Below are positions 36,811-50,096 of a stretch of 64,000 nucleotides of DNA, in pieces (the stretch's first letter is position 1; each line of letters begins with the position of its first letter). The position numbers were made by a program, and so were the translations under genes. The notes beneath the pieces were generated by a model. The model did no database searches, was not told the DNA's origin, and saw nothing but the letters and a program-made list of their open reading frames with translations. The stretch is from Gekko japonicus (Eukaryota): NCBI RefSeq assembly GCF_001447785.1, contig NW_015162475.1:744764-808763 (forward strand), read 5' to 3'.

Positions 36811-39538
36811 TAGGATGAGAGCTGTGGGTAAGAATTACACAGGTTGTGTAATATCGAGGGGGCTTATAAGGATGCATATAGTAAATAGTTGGTAACAAAG
36901 GTTACAATTAGCCCCATGCTTTGTCTACTATAGTGAGTGAAAATTGTCTTCAGGCAAGACTAGCATTTCCCTGGAGACTGTGCTGTGAATGCAGCGCTCA
37001 TGGATATGCAGTATGACAATTTTGTGTGGCTCTGTTAGCCTTAATGACTTGGCGGGAGACAGTACTGTGCACAGCTTCAATAGCAAGCCATAGTTGACAC
37101 ATAATGGTATGGGTTGGATTTATATCTTTTCCGTCGTATTAGGGTAGCTCCATAGCAGGAAGGAAACTGGCACTTTCAGCTACAGAAGGTTGAATTGAGT
37201 CAAGAGCATGAATAAGTGGAGTAGTATGAGAATTGCTTACTGAATTTACTCACCCCAAGTTAGTATTATTGGGAGTATAGAACACATTGAGAGAGGTTCT
37301 TGTATGATCATAGTTTCTCTTGGTCACATAACTTTAGAGTAACTCTGGCTATTTCAATCCATGCTTAGCCTACATCTGTTGGGGTCACCTTCAGATTTAC
37401 TTACTATGTAGTAATCTTCACTGTAACTGGAATGTCTTTGAGAGTAAGAGTTCTTAGATCATTGTTGTACGGTCAAGGTTTTTTGGATAGCAGATTTACA
37501 CAGACTGTAAAATTTAAGGTACATGCTGTAAAGATGCTGTTGGCTAAATAGTCAGTGATTGGGAGCAGCATGTCAGTTGACTTTAGAACTTTTTAGGTAG
37601 CCGGTGTGGTGTAGTGGTTAGTTTTGGACTAGGATCTAGGAGACCCAAGTTCAGATCCTCACTTTGCCATGGAAACTTGCTGGCTGACCTTGGGCCAGTC
37701 ACACACACTTAACCTAGCTTGCCTCATATAGAGGCTGTGAGGATAAAAGGGGGAAATGATGTAAGCTGCTTTGGGTCTGCATTGTGGAGAAAAGTGGGGT
37801 TGTAAAGAAAGTAAATAAACTGGGGATCCTAAGATATAGAGGAACCCTAAATTGAACTTTTGGATAAATTTTGTTCAGAATGAATTGGGTAACTGCCAAG
37901 CAGACATTATTTCTGTTCCCTGACTCAGATGTTCACCTTGTGAGCATTATATGTTACCCAAAACAAAGATAATCCCTTTTAAAAGGTTGTGCACAAACTT
38001 CTTTATTGTAGTACATACCTGTAACCAAGATGGGTGACCGTGTTAGTCTGTCTGTAGCAGTAGAAAAGAGCAAGAGTCCAGTAGCACCTTAAAGACTAAC
38101 AAAGGAGGTGGCAGGGTATGAGCTTTCATGAGTCTTCAGAAGTGAGCACATAGTCTTTAAGGTGATACTGGACTCTTGCTCTTTTCTACTGATACCTGTA
38201 ACTTGTATGTGAATTTAAGACATCCCCCAGGTGGTAGTATTTTTTGTTTGTCTCTGACAGCACTGCTGGGGGGAAACCAAGTCTTCCTTTCAGGTAAATA
38301 GGGTAGCTATTTCTCCTGGTTTAGGAAATAAAAAAAAATCTGAAAGCAAAGTGCATCATAAAACAAAAAACAACAACAAAGTGCATCATAAAACAAGAGT
38401 GGATCTAGAGGTGGGGGTGTATGAGACAGGGAACAGGAGAAGAAATGGTATGGCATGGTTAGATCTTACAGCAGCTTGGGTCCATCCAGTTTGTTGTGGA
38501 AGGCAGTTTTAACTGTCTGCTTGATTTAGGAGTCAGGCTGTATAGCAGCTGTCATCCTATTGCTACTCTTAATTTTTTCCTTTTTGAGTTACAAAGACAG
38601 AATTACTGTGCAGTACTAGTTATTGGCTGAAGAGTAATTGACTTTAATATTCAAAAGTTTGGTCCTTCAGCTTTGTGGTAGCGTGGCATCATGACTGTGA
38701 CTATGCCATTAGAATATTGGACAATGTGCCACTTTAGGACTTTACTTTCTGTAACTTCATAGTGGGTTATCCTTTGCACTAATTCATAGTTGTCTTCAAA
38801 CTGGTTTCCTCACATTAATTCAGAGATGTCTTAAAATTAGCCATACTTGTCTCTAGTTCATTCAACCTTAATTACCTCTTTATGAGTTTCTATCCACTGC
38901 TTGAAAGAGAATGGATCACCATAGTTCTTCACATGTGACTGTTTTGGGTTAGGGATGTAAAACTTAATGTTTAAGTAATAAAGGTTTATTTATCAATTAC
39001 ATACTGTTGTAAATATTGAAATGATTTTTGCAGACTTGAAAAACTGAAAAAGTGTTACCTCTGCATTCCAGATTCATTGTGCTTTTCCAATGCTGGCTTT
39101 ATTGTTCATCACACAAGACTGATACCAGAGTGCTTTAACATGTTAATTGTTCATCAGGATCAGAAGCAGAGCTGATAGGTACATAAGGATATGTATGTAA
39201 ACTTGTTAATGTTTAAACAATAAATTTTATTGTGCTGTGTGGAGCTTGCACTTTAGCCTTCTGAAATGAATGGAAAATGGCATTTTGTTATTTTCAAATA
39301 GGCTGTTTCCCCTTTACCTTAGAAGACTAAGGTGCAACATAGTATTACCTCCATGCAGCAGCAATACTCAGATGTGCAGTACATCCTGCACAAGATGTAT
39401 AAAAGACCATCATGGCCAGAAATATTTTTTTCCTTTCATTTTGCATCCATCATGAAGAAGTTCTGAAGAACTCAAGAACTTCCACACTATGTTGAACTGA
39501 TGTTAGTTTTCTGGCAAAACAAGAATAGGAAAAAGTGC

Positions 39539-41336
39539 TGGACTTCCGGTTTATGGCGACACGCAGGCAGACGCATCTCCTGGACCTCCCGGGGATGTAA
39601 TCTGCACACTAGCGTGTAGGAGGGGGTGCGACGGGTCGTGACCCCTCCCCTGGAGCCTTGGCAAAAGACTCCTAGCCATGGGGCTTTTGAGGGGTGTGAC
39701 CTCTTTGCCGGCGCGATGCCGGAGAATTGAGGTGCTCCTCTGCCCCGACGGTCCTGCCGCTGAGGGTCCAAATGGACTTAGAGCCGCTGACTGGGACAAG
39801 CATCGGAGATCGAGCGAATTAAACGGATGCTGAGAGTGGCTGAATGGCCGACAATGAACGGTGAGTCGGGTTAAAGCAAACATGAGAATTTAAAAAGAAA
39901 GCTACCCCCCCCTTAGGAGCTACGAAAAGCGAGCGGGGGAGGGGCCCCTCCCAAATGCATGAACGAAAGCATGAAATAAAAAGAGGGGAGCGGAAGAATA
40001 AGCATTTAAATCTGTTTTAAGAGACTTACCAGAGCGTGGATAAGCGTAAGGGCGAATTTCAGAGACTTTGGCAACTTTTATAAAAGTAAATAATCCATAA
40101 AGATGGCGGGGAAGAAAGCAGACAAAGACAAACTTGTAAAAGTAAAACCAGTTGGTAGCCCTCGACTGGAAGAGACCACCGAGCTCTCTAAAATGTTGGC
40201 AGATTCCTTGCGCCCTCTGCTGGATGAGATGACTAACATCAAGCAATAGTTGTCAACAATAAGTCAGAGTATGGTGTCTCAGCAGCTCCAATTGACTGAG
40301 TCTTTGAAAGTAACGGAGCAAACAGCTGAGAAGGTGAAGGAAATGGACGCCAACACTAAAAAAGTCAAGAAAAAGGTGCAAAAGTTGGAAATGAAACAAG
40401 CTGTGGTAGAATCACAACTTTTACAGCTGCAGATGGAGAAAGCAAATCTGGTCCTATGGTTCCAAGGGGTCCCAGAATTAAAAGGTGAGAATCTGAAGCA
40501 ATTGCTGAGTGAAGCATTAGCCCCAGCTACAGATTTGAAAGCGGAATATCTTTACAGCGCGATGGATGTTGTCTACAGGTCCAACTCCTCATACACTAAA
40601 AAGAATAATCTGCCTGGGGAAATAGTAGTCAGATTCTCGAAGGGACACTTGAGAGAATCTATCTTGAAAGCAACTACTGGAACACCCTTGGAAATTGGGG
40701 ACAATAACATCAGAATTTTAAAAGATATTCCATTTGAAATAAGATAGAAGAGAAAGAAATATAAAGATTTAACCCTTTTTCTTCAAACAAATGGCATTGG
40801 CTACAGGTGGCTAATTCCAGAAGGCGTCATCTTTAAACTCCATGACAAAAAAGAAAAGATTGACTCTGTTTTAAAAGCACGTGAGTTCCTGAGAGTACAG
40901 CTGGGGGAACCAGTTGAGGACAAGAAGGAAGAAGAAAGCAAATCTGATGGCGGGTTGGGCTTGGGGTCTTCTGACAAGGAAAAGGGGGCGGCTGCCCTCA
41001 AAAGTCCATACAAATTGAGGATCAGAAAAGACAAGACAAAATAAAGGCTGAAGGACTCTGAATTGTGCCTGAAAATTATACAATAGCTATAGGATGCTCT
41101 GGGGATTTTCTTAAACAGATAGATTGTTGGGTAAAAAGATAAATAATTTAGCATAACTGACTATGTTCAAAGTAATATTAGCAATTAAGAATAACATTTA
41201 TATAAGCTGTTGTTATGATCTCCTATTCTTGGGGTTTTAGTTACTAGTGGTTTTCTTTCCTTCCTCCTTAGTTGTAGCCTCCCCTCCCTAATTTTCGGTT
41301 ATAGTTTATAGTTTTTTGAAAAAACCAATAAAAAAC
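39539..41336 (+). mobile_element. ORF1-only L1-like element (HAL1-like)
   Basis: 5' gacttccggtttatggcg. ORF1 40103-41044 has a coiled coil and an L1 ORF1 RRM/CTD-like region (NLVLWFQGVPE..GENL, RWLIPEG) with two in-frame TAG stops. No ORF2 before AATAAA at ~41327. Confidence 0.8.
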
Positions 41337-42404
41337 TCGATGACCTTCGTCGGGCATTACAAGCTGTGGCTGGTTGGCTCAGACTGAGTAGGTTGAAATT
41401 AAACCCGAAAAAGACTGAGGTCCTGGGCCTGAGTCGGACCGGTTTGGGGTTGGGGCTCCCGGCCTTCGGCAGGGTGCCGTTGGTGCCTGCGTGGGAGGTT
41501 AGGAGTTTGGGGGTGCTCCTGGACCCCTCATTAACGAGGGAGGCCCAGGTGGCAACCACTGCCAAGGCAGCCTTTTACCATCTGTGGCTGACTCGGCAGT
41601 TGGTCCCCTACCTTGACCGTGTTGACCTGGCCACTGTGATCCATGTGACAGTTACCTCGGGGCTAAACTACTGTAACGTTCTCTACTTAGGGCTGCCTCT
41701 GTCGCAAATCCGGAAGCTGCAGCTAGTGCAGAATGCTGCGGCCAGGCTGCTGATGGGCCTCTCTAGGCGAGACCACATCCGGCCTGTGCTGCAAGCGCTG
41801 CACTGGCTGCCGATAGCATACCGGATTCGCTTCAAAGTGCCGGTTCTCACCTTTAAAGCCCTATATGGCTGGGGTCCAGCTTACCTGAAGGACCGCCTCT
41901 CCCCATATGTTCCCCCAAGAGCACTAAGATCGGGGAGTCTCCATCTCCAGGCCCCCGAGATGTGGTTTTCCCCTACTAGGGCCAGAGCGTTTTTGGTGGC
42001 GGCTCCTACCTGGTGGAATGAGCTCCCAGAGGAGATCTGGGCCCTGCGGGACCTTGTGCAGTTCTGCAGGGCCTGTAAGACGGAGCTCTTCCGCCAGGCT
42101 TTTGAGTAGGAGGCGCCGACGCCACTACTCCATCATTGTGGCATTGTCCTCTTGCTGTTTCCATCATATAGGGCAGTTATCGCCTGGCAGAATGCGCGTA
42201 GAACAGCGCTGCTGGAGACCGCGCTAGAGACAGCTGGCCGCCGGGCTGGGTTCACTGACCCCGTCTTGGGTGATTTATATGTAGGAAGACTAGAGCACTT
42301 TAAATATTGTATGGTTTAATTGTGTGTTTTAATGTGGCTTTGTTTTATTGTATTTTATCTATTTAGTGCGGCTTTTGCTGTATGTTAGCCGCCCTTAGGG
42401 GGAC
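41337..42404 (+). mobile_element. L2/CR1-group LINE, 5'-truncated (RT C-terminus + 3' UTR)
   Basis: ORF 41366-42109: LKLNPKKTEVL, LGVLLD, LNYCN, KLQLVQNAAARLL, LHWLPIAYRIRFK. Confidence 0.88.
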
Positions 42405-42472
42405 TTTTAAAAAAAAGGAAAGGAAAAAGTGCCAAAACATTATTTGATTCCCTAATACAGTATGATCTGAAT

Positions 42473-42899
42473 AGGGTGTCAAACATGCGGCCCGGGGGCC
42501 GGATGAGGCCCCGGATGGCTTGTATCAGGCCCGCAGTGGAACTGGCTATCTTCTGCTTCTTCTTCCAGTTCTGCTGCTGCTGCATCATCGTAGGTTTGCA
42601 GGTTACAGATACACACCTGAACAGCATACTCAGGGTTGCAACAGCACAGACATTTTGATGCAATAATTCAGAGCAAGAGGTATCAGTTATCAGACACTTA
42701 AATAAACAAAATATTGCAAGAGTGCTAATGTTTTAAGCATGTTTTTATTTTAAGTTAAAAAACCCTTTGTGTTTGTGTCCTTTATAAAGTTTATATCTCC
42801 GCTACCTGGCATTTCATTTTATGACACACATGGCCTGGCCCAACAAGTTCTCATTTATGTCAGATCTGGCCCTCATATCAAATGAGTTTGACACCCCTG
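42473..42899. mobile_element. hAT (Charlie-like) MITE
   Basis: agggtgtcaaac / gtttgacacccctg, TSD atctgaat / atctaaat. Confidence 0.8.
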
Positions 42900-42930
42900 A
42901 TCTAAATCAACATTTTTTTATTTTTTGTTA

Positions 42931-43197
42931 AGCCAGTTTGGTGCAGTGGTTAAGAGCGCGGACTCTAATCTGGGACAAGTGGGTTTGATTTCCCACTCCT
43001 CCGTGTGTAGCTGCTGGTGTAACCTTGTGTCAGTCACAAATTCTCTCAGAGCTGTTCTCTCAAGAGCAGTCCTCGAAAGAGCTCTCTCAGCCGCACCCCC
43101 CTCCCACAGTGTCTGTTGTGGGGAGGGAAAGGAGATTGTAAACTGCTCTGAGACTCCAAATGAAGGGCACAGTATAAATCCAATCTCTTCTTCTTAA
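42931..43197 (+). mobile_element. tRNA-derived SINE with L2-like tail
   Basis: A-box tggtgcagtggtt and B-box ggtttgattt. Sister copies at ~3930-4165, ~44857-45125, ~37600-37820, ~20150-20350 and ~30470-30660 (-). Confidence 0.75.
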
Positions 43198-46100
43198 TCT
43201 AGTAAACAAATTTTTAAAATACTTCATGTTAATTTTATGTGTCACTCAGTTAAACTGAAATATTTGGTTAGAAAAAAGCAATGATATGTGATTTAAAATT
43301 TTAGACGTATATATCACTTAAAATTCTGTATAAAGCTTTGAATTTAACATTCAAAGACAATATAGCATGTAAGGCGCTGAAAATGTTTGGCACCTAATTT
43401 TAGAACAGCCAGTGTACTGCATGATGTGCAGTGGATATTGTTGTTGCTCTTCTGTTTCAACAGAATTTAATTCTCTTCCATGGAGTTCATTGGGGTACTT
43501 CATCTTTACTTATTAGCTCCATATCAAATTGGTGATTACAATATAATTTCTACTGTATGTCAGGAGACATATAAATAAGAATTTTAGCTTTTGTTTTGGC
43601 CTATATAGCTAACCAGATAAATTCATAACTAAAATCATATGTAGTTATGGGGCTAGATCCCGCATAGTTATCTGGTTGCAAGGGAAGTTATGTTTGCCAA
43701 TTCCCCCTCCCATGATAGCCCAAAATGCCCCATGTCATGGTGGACCCTCCAAATAGCTTTGATGGCAAATCAGAAGTTTTCTGACAGGGAATCAGCAAAG
43801 ATCAATTTTCTTGTACCTGCAGAAATGTTGGTGGGATCCAAGCTGTGGTTTTATTACCCTGTTCCCTATTTACAAATGAATGAAACTTGAATGTACTCTT
43901 AATTCTTACAGATAATAACCTGAAAAGCCGTAATTACAACTCTGAAACAGTCAAGCTTGCCTAATACTATTCTGGAATGGCAACAATTCATTGTTAAGTT
44001 TGTGAAATAATGAGCCTTTAGATTTTTTTTTTTCCCCTGTGTGAAGATAAAGGACATACATACATGATATTTTGGTTGGTCGTAATATAAAGGTATGTTT
44101 TTGTGTTTGGCTGTTTCTTTGGACACTATGGCTACTTGCAGTCTCTGTTCGTCCTTCAATATTTGCTCATCCTAAGAAAAAAGGGTAAGAAGCAGTGGGA
44201 TTTGAACTGCAAGAAGGTAAAATGAGGCAAGTTATATATTTTAAATCTGCAGTTATATAAAGGAATAGGTCTCTACAGAAGATGCACATCTCTTTCTTGG
44301 AGAGTTTAAAAAATATGGTAGCTAGGTGTACGTCATGGAAGGTTTTAAGATGTAGGAACAGCTTGTCTAAGGCATGGAATTGGAATTAGATGCATAAAAT
44401 GGTTGATAGACTGTTTTTCTTTTCTTAGTACATGATAATACCAAGTAACTGCAACATAATTTGGCCTTGTTTTGAAATGGTTCTCAAATATTCACACCAT
44501 GTTAAATTAGCTACTTATTTTGCACATTGCAGTCTAACAAGCAGGAAGGAAATATTTGACTCTTGTGTCAAGGGGTGGGCATGAACCGGAAAAATGGAGG
44601 TTCATGTGACGGATTTGTGGGAGACAAGTTCTCTCGAACCTTTGGTTTGCAGACTGGCCTGGTTTGTGCTTGAACCAGGGTTTGTTTATCAGTTCGTGCT
44701 CATCCCTACTTATGTCGGCATGATCTGGGGCATAGATCCCATATCTATCCTGTGGTGTTCCACAGGTTGAATAATTTCACCTGTGTTGTTCATTTGGTAC
44801 ATTAGCCCATCAGGTGAGCTTGTTCACAGTTTTGCTGGAGCAGTGTTTGGATGCTATGGTTTGGTGTAGTGATTAAGAGCACGGACTCTAATCTGGGAGA
44901 GCTGGGTTTGATTCCCCACTCCTCCACATGCAGCTGCTGGTGTGACCTTGGGTCAGTCATAAGTTCTTTCAGAGCTGTTCTCTCGAGCAATTCTCAAAAG
45001 AGGTCTCTCAGCCCCACCTGCCTCACAAGGTGTCCGTTGTGGGGAGGGGAAGGGAAAGGAGATTGTAAACCGCTCTGAGACTCCTTCGAGTGAATGGCGG
45101 GGTATAAATCCAATCTCTTCTTCTGCTTAAGTGGCTGAGAGATAGTAAGCTAAAAGTGGAGCCAGACAAGACAGGTGGTATTGGTTGGTATAATGGAAAT
45201 CATGGAGGAGATTGTCAGTTTCTGCACAACATAAGGGTCAAACTTGGTTAAGAGCTTGAGAGTTTTATTGGATCCTGTGCTATTGTTGGAAAATCAAATA
45301 ACTGCAGTACTAAAGGTTATTTAATCACACTTATTGCAGAGACTGGTTCCCCCTTAGATGCCAATGATCTGGCTATAGTAAGCCATGCTACTGTAACTAA
45401 AAGGCTAGGCTACACATATGTGAGGATGATCTTAATAATTTGAAAACTTCAGTTAGTACTGCTGAGATCCTGGAGATGAGAATGTATTGTTCCCTGAAAT
45501 GGCTCCATTTGCTTTGCAATCCAGTTTAAAGTGCTAGTATTGCTCTTTAAAAGTTTATATGATCTTAGACTTGCTTGGTTGAAGGAACAACTTGTCCACT
45601 GTGAACCTGTTGACCCAATTCTGCATGGAGCTCAAGGCCGTCTTCAGTGGGCCTTTGTGTATTTTAGGCTGAGTGGCAGACTATGTCTGAACAGGGTATG
45701 ATGGCTAGCTGCTGATCTGTTAAGTTTTCTGATGTGTTTGAATTTAATATCCTGTTGCTAGCTTCAGCAGCTTCATCGACTGCCTTGACTGTTTATGGGG
45801 AGAAAGTCAGGATTAAAAAACACACATAAATAAATGCACCAGTGGAACCAGATAGTAGTCATGTTGCTTAATGTAGGGAGAGGCAAAAACTTTTAACCAT
45901 ATTTGGGGTTATGCAGGAGAAATTTCCAAAACAAGCATAGAAGCAAGACCTGTCAGTCATAGTTGTGAGTGTACTTTAACATTTCAGCACCAGTACTCTT
46001 AGCCAGCCTTTAATCTCTTATTACAGGCGTTCTTAATGTGTTGTTGTAGTAAAGAGACAGTATTGAATTTATTTTTAATCTTAACTTTTGCACCTGTTTT

Positions 46101-46214
46101 CTGGGTTAAACTGCTTGATAAACATTTTAATTTGTTTACTAAACAGTATTTTAGGCAGAAGCACTGTGAATGACTGGCTTAGCAAAATTACTGAAACTGT
46201 TGTTTTTCTTCTAG

Positions 46215-46585
46215 TTTCACAAGTGCAGCAACTGACTGAGAGATGCTTCAGGAAAATCTACCTCACAAATTGCATTTGTTTGCCAATGTGCTGCATCACT
46301 GGAAATCTCACGAGAAGCTTGGCGGTCATTCTTGAAAGTCTCAGGAGAGCAGATGGCTACCAAATAAGTGTATTGTGACCTGGGAATGGGTCGAAGTCTG
46401 AAGCATTTTTGATTGAGCAGTTCAGTCCATCATTGCTAAATGTCTTAATAAAGCTCGTAAAGGCTTCAAAGAATATTCCGTGTAGTCTCTTCTCAGTTTT
46501 TCAAGAAATGGTTGCTTGATCTCTGTCCTGCCAAAATAAAGTGGCTTCTCTTACCTGATCCTGGAAACATTAATGGAACATAGTC
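46215..46585 (+). other. KBTBD2: KBTBD2 5' UTR part of exon 2 (7 upstream ATGs)
   Basis: Acceptor tgtttttcttctag| at 46214; uATGs at 46243, 46286, 46353, 46386, 46440, 46508 and 46573. Confidence 0.6.
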
Positions 46586-46755
46586 ATGTCTACCCAGGAA
46601 GAAAGGCAGATCAATACGGAATATGCTGTATCTTTACTGGAGCAGTTAAAGCTGTTCTATGAACAGCAGTTACTAACTGACATAGTTTTAATTGTTGAGG
46701 GTACTGAATTCCCATGCCATAAGATGGTTCTTGCTACATGTAGTTCTTACTTCAG
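46586..46755 (+). CDS. KBTBD2: KBTBD2 coding exon 1 (BTB domain start)
   Basis: [58 protein letters not shown]|gtatgt. Confidence 0.97.
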
Positions 46756-47725
46756 GTATGTGCTTCAGTCATAGTTGCTTTTTCTTTAAAAAAAAAAAGT
46801 ACTAAATGCTGCTGCTACTCAGATGTTCACAATGTTCAATATATAACATGGTTGTAATGTTGGTTCTGCTCCATAACTTTAAAATGGAAGACTGAAATAT
46901 TTTTTTAAGTTGCTAATATGGAAACACTAGGTCAGTTTTTGCAGTTCAAACCACTTCAGTGGTCACATGTGCCCTGCAGTGGAAGTGGAAAATCTACACT
47001 GTAAGAATGTGGCTGTCAGATAATTGCTATTTATGCAGACAGCATCCTAGTTTGTGGGGAGTAGAGTCATTATGGAAGAAAGTCTGTTTAGTGGGAATAA
47101 GATCTAAAGTGTTGAGCCCATGCTCATGCTACCCTAAGATTGATGGCAAGTGTATCTAAGGAAAAAGAAACAGGCTGCTGTTGTTTTATGGTCTAATAGA
47201 AGGGGTTGGCCCAGAAAAATATTATATGCACACACACTAGCCACCTTGAATTTGTGGAGGTGAGGCGGCATACAACTATTTTAAACAGAGGTTGGATTCC
47301 ATTGATGCTGAAGATTGTTAATCTTAAGGTTAGGGAGATCAGCACGCCTCGTTTTTAACTAAGTAGTGAAGTGATTGGGGAGGTAATTTGCATGGTGCTC
47401 GTTAGGTCAAATAGATGCCACCGAGGATGAACTCAAAAGTATAGGGTGCCCTGAAATAGGGGAGAGAATGCCAGGATGTGCATGTTTCCTCCATGCTTTG
47501 CTCTCTGATTTCTTAAGTATTTGAATTTTTGAGTGGTTTAGCAAGTACGTATGCTGTGCTTTGGGTATCATTTTTTTTTTGCCAAAACAAAAGGCATACA
47601 TCTAGTATGTTTGAGGGGTGCGGTGTCTTCATGGTGGTGCAAGGTGGTGACTGGCCAGCACCAGTGGTTTGAATATTTTAAGACAGGGTGTTCAAATATT
47701 TTCCAAATCATTTCCAAATCATTTC

Positions 47726-47822
47726 ATATATATATATATGGTATATATGGTATATATATATGGTATATATGGTATATATATATGGTCTATATATATGGTC
47801 TATATATATATATATATGGTAT
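47726..47822. repeat. (TA)n/GGTATATAT low-complexity microsatellite
   Basis: Directly visible in the sequence. Confidence 0.9.
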
Positions 47823-48601
47823 CAGATTGATCTAATTTCTGTGCACTGAGGACAAGCAAGTCCTAGGTTACAAACTGAACCCTCCAATGGAAGAACAAGA
47901 TGCATTTCTTCCTTTAGGAGATGCAATTATCAGAAGAAAATAAAAAAGTTTCAGTTTTGTTTTTTCATGTGGGTGGGTATTCTGTTTGAAATAATTGTTT
48001 GGATGCACTATATTTTTAATATGCTAGTTGTGATAATTTCATGCCAAGTAAAAATGTCCATAGTCATTTTATGTTCCTAAAGTAACAGAATGACTTTCAA
48101 TCTAGAAAAGACAAAAGAAATGCTAATGTAGCATTTTTTTCGATTTTTCCGAAAATTTCCATTTCCCCCTGAGAAAAACTGGGTTTTTTTCCAAGCTTCA
48201 AAATTTCCAGAAATTTTACATCTCTACCCCTTGGTTCCAGGGGGGTGGGTGGTGGTGTTAGAAGAAGGTGCAAACTACCCATAGCCACAGCTAGACCTCA
48301 CAGCTTAGCTCTGTGACTTCTGTCTTGACTTCCTGAAGAGTCCAAGGTCCACCATTTTACATTCCGTCTTCCTGAAAAACTAATCTGGAGATCAGATATT
48401 TTCTTTATATGGACATACTTATGAGTAAGTAGATAACATCCACCAACGTTTAAATAAAATTGCTTTATCTGATTGGTGCTTCTTTACAATCCATCTCTCA
48501 AGTGGAAAGAAGGCAGGGCATTGTAATCTGTAAAGTGCTGGAAAATTACAAGGAAAGCTAGAAGATGGCTGAGATTTATGTATTGTATGTTTATTCCTCA
48601 G

Positions 48602-48767
48602 GGCTATGTTCATGAGCGGGTTGAGTGAAAGCAAACAAACCCATATCCATCTGAGGAATGTGGATGCAGCCACTTTACAAATCATAATAATTTATGCTTA
48701 CACGGGTAATTTGGCAATAAATGACGCAACAGTCGAACAGCTTTATGAAACAGCCTGCTTCTTACAG
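48602..48767 (+). CDS. KBTBD2: KBTBD2 coding exon 2 (BTB)
   Basis: cctcag|(R)[55 protein letters not shown]|gtagga. Confidence 0.97.
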
Positions 48768-49687
48768 GTAGGAATGTTCTATAGTTTTTCTAAGACATAC
48801 AATGTCTGGAAATTGCATCTAAAATATATGATGATTCAAGTTAATTAAAATGTGTAAACATGTTGTTTTCAAGTCAGTTTGCATTTTGTAGATATGGATG
48901 AAAAATATCCTGAGGAAAATCTTGTTATTGCCATGGAAGCATTTACATGTTCCATATGAAGGGTGTAATTGTAAGCTGACTTGATTTTTTTCTGTCCTGG
49001 GCAAATACTAAACGGTTTGGAATGAAGAAATGAAATGTCTATATTTTTTTTTTCATAGATCACAATTACCTTGATTAGATTTAGATTCAAGAATCTAGAC
49101 CTGCTTTGGGGGGGGGGGGACTGACTGACTAGTATGGTCCACCTCCAGGGTTTCCAGTAAACCTCTGCAGTGGGGACCATAAATAGAATAAATGGAATAA
49201 AATAGAATGGAATGCTATCTGCTAGCAGATTGTTTTAGTGTACAATCTTTCTTAGATCCAGAGCGTGTTCTTCCTCAGATCCATCTACTCCCTTATAAAC
49301 CTGTCTGCCAGTCAAAACCTTCCAGAGTCACCCTGCTCCCCCACCTTCAGAGGCGGGTCTCCAGTGCCAGAGTGTCTTTTCCTTGACTGTTGAATGCCCT
49401 GTCCATAGTAGCTCGCCTGACACTTAGCTTGTTAAAATTTAGGCACCATATATGTAAGGGTTTTTTTCTTTCCCTTGTATGCTTCTATTTCTATTCATTT
49501 TTGTAGCTGATTGGTTATTGGTTTTCAGTGCTGGTTTTCAGGGTATATACTTGGTGTCAAGTGTTTTAAGCATATGATTCGTATTTCTAGTAAATTTGGT
49601 TTTATGTTGCTTTTATTGTGTGTATTCAAGTAAGTTGTAAACTGCCTTGACTATTTTAAAAAAATAATTATGGTATATAGATATATA

Positions 49688-50096
49688 CAAGGGGCGGGAC
49701 CCGCGATACTCGCGGGAGGGGGGAGGGAGCTCCACACCTATGAGGAAGAGGAGGAAGCAGGAGGAGGAGGTAAGTTCCCCCCCATCCCGCCGGTTCCCCC
49801 GGCCGGCGGTTTGCAGCTGCCCCGGCCTCGCTGGTCTTCCCGCCCCCCCTCCTGGCTCCGAAGCGGTGGCGAGGCCAGCTGCAGAGCATTCCCTGCTCAT
49901 GCGCAGGGGACGCTCTGTCACTTTCGGGGGGATTTTAGTATCCCCCCGATATTTTTTTACAGGTTTCAGATTTTTGTGCACACCTGGGGACTGCCCCAAG
50001 TGTGCACAAACATCCCTCTCCCCCCAGGTGCCCCCGATGTGCGGAAATAAGTATCCGCATGCAGGGGGCGACTTCGGTATTAGATATATAGATAGA
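49688..50096 (-). mobile_element. Non-autonomous Helitron
   Basis: On the - strand it begins TCTATCTATATATCT and ends with the hairpin CCCGCGA-gta-TCGCGGG followed by CTTG (CTAG variant). Inserted between A and T with no TSD. Confidence 0.75.
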
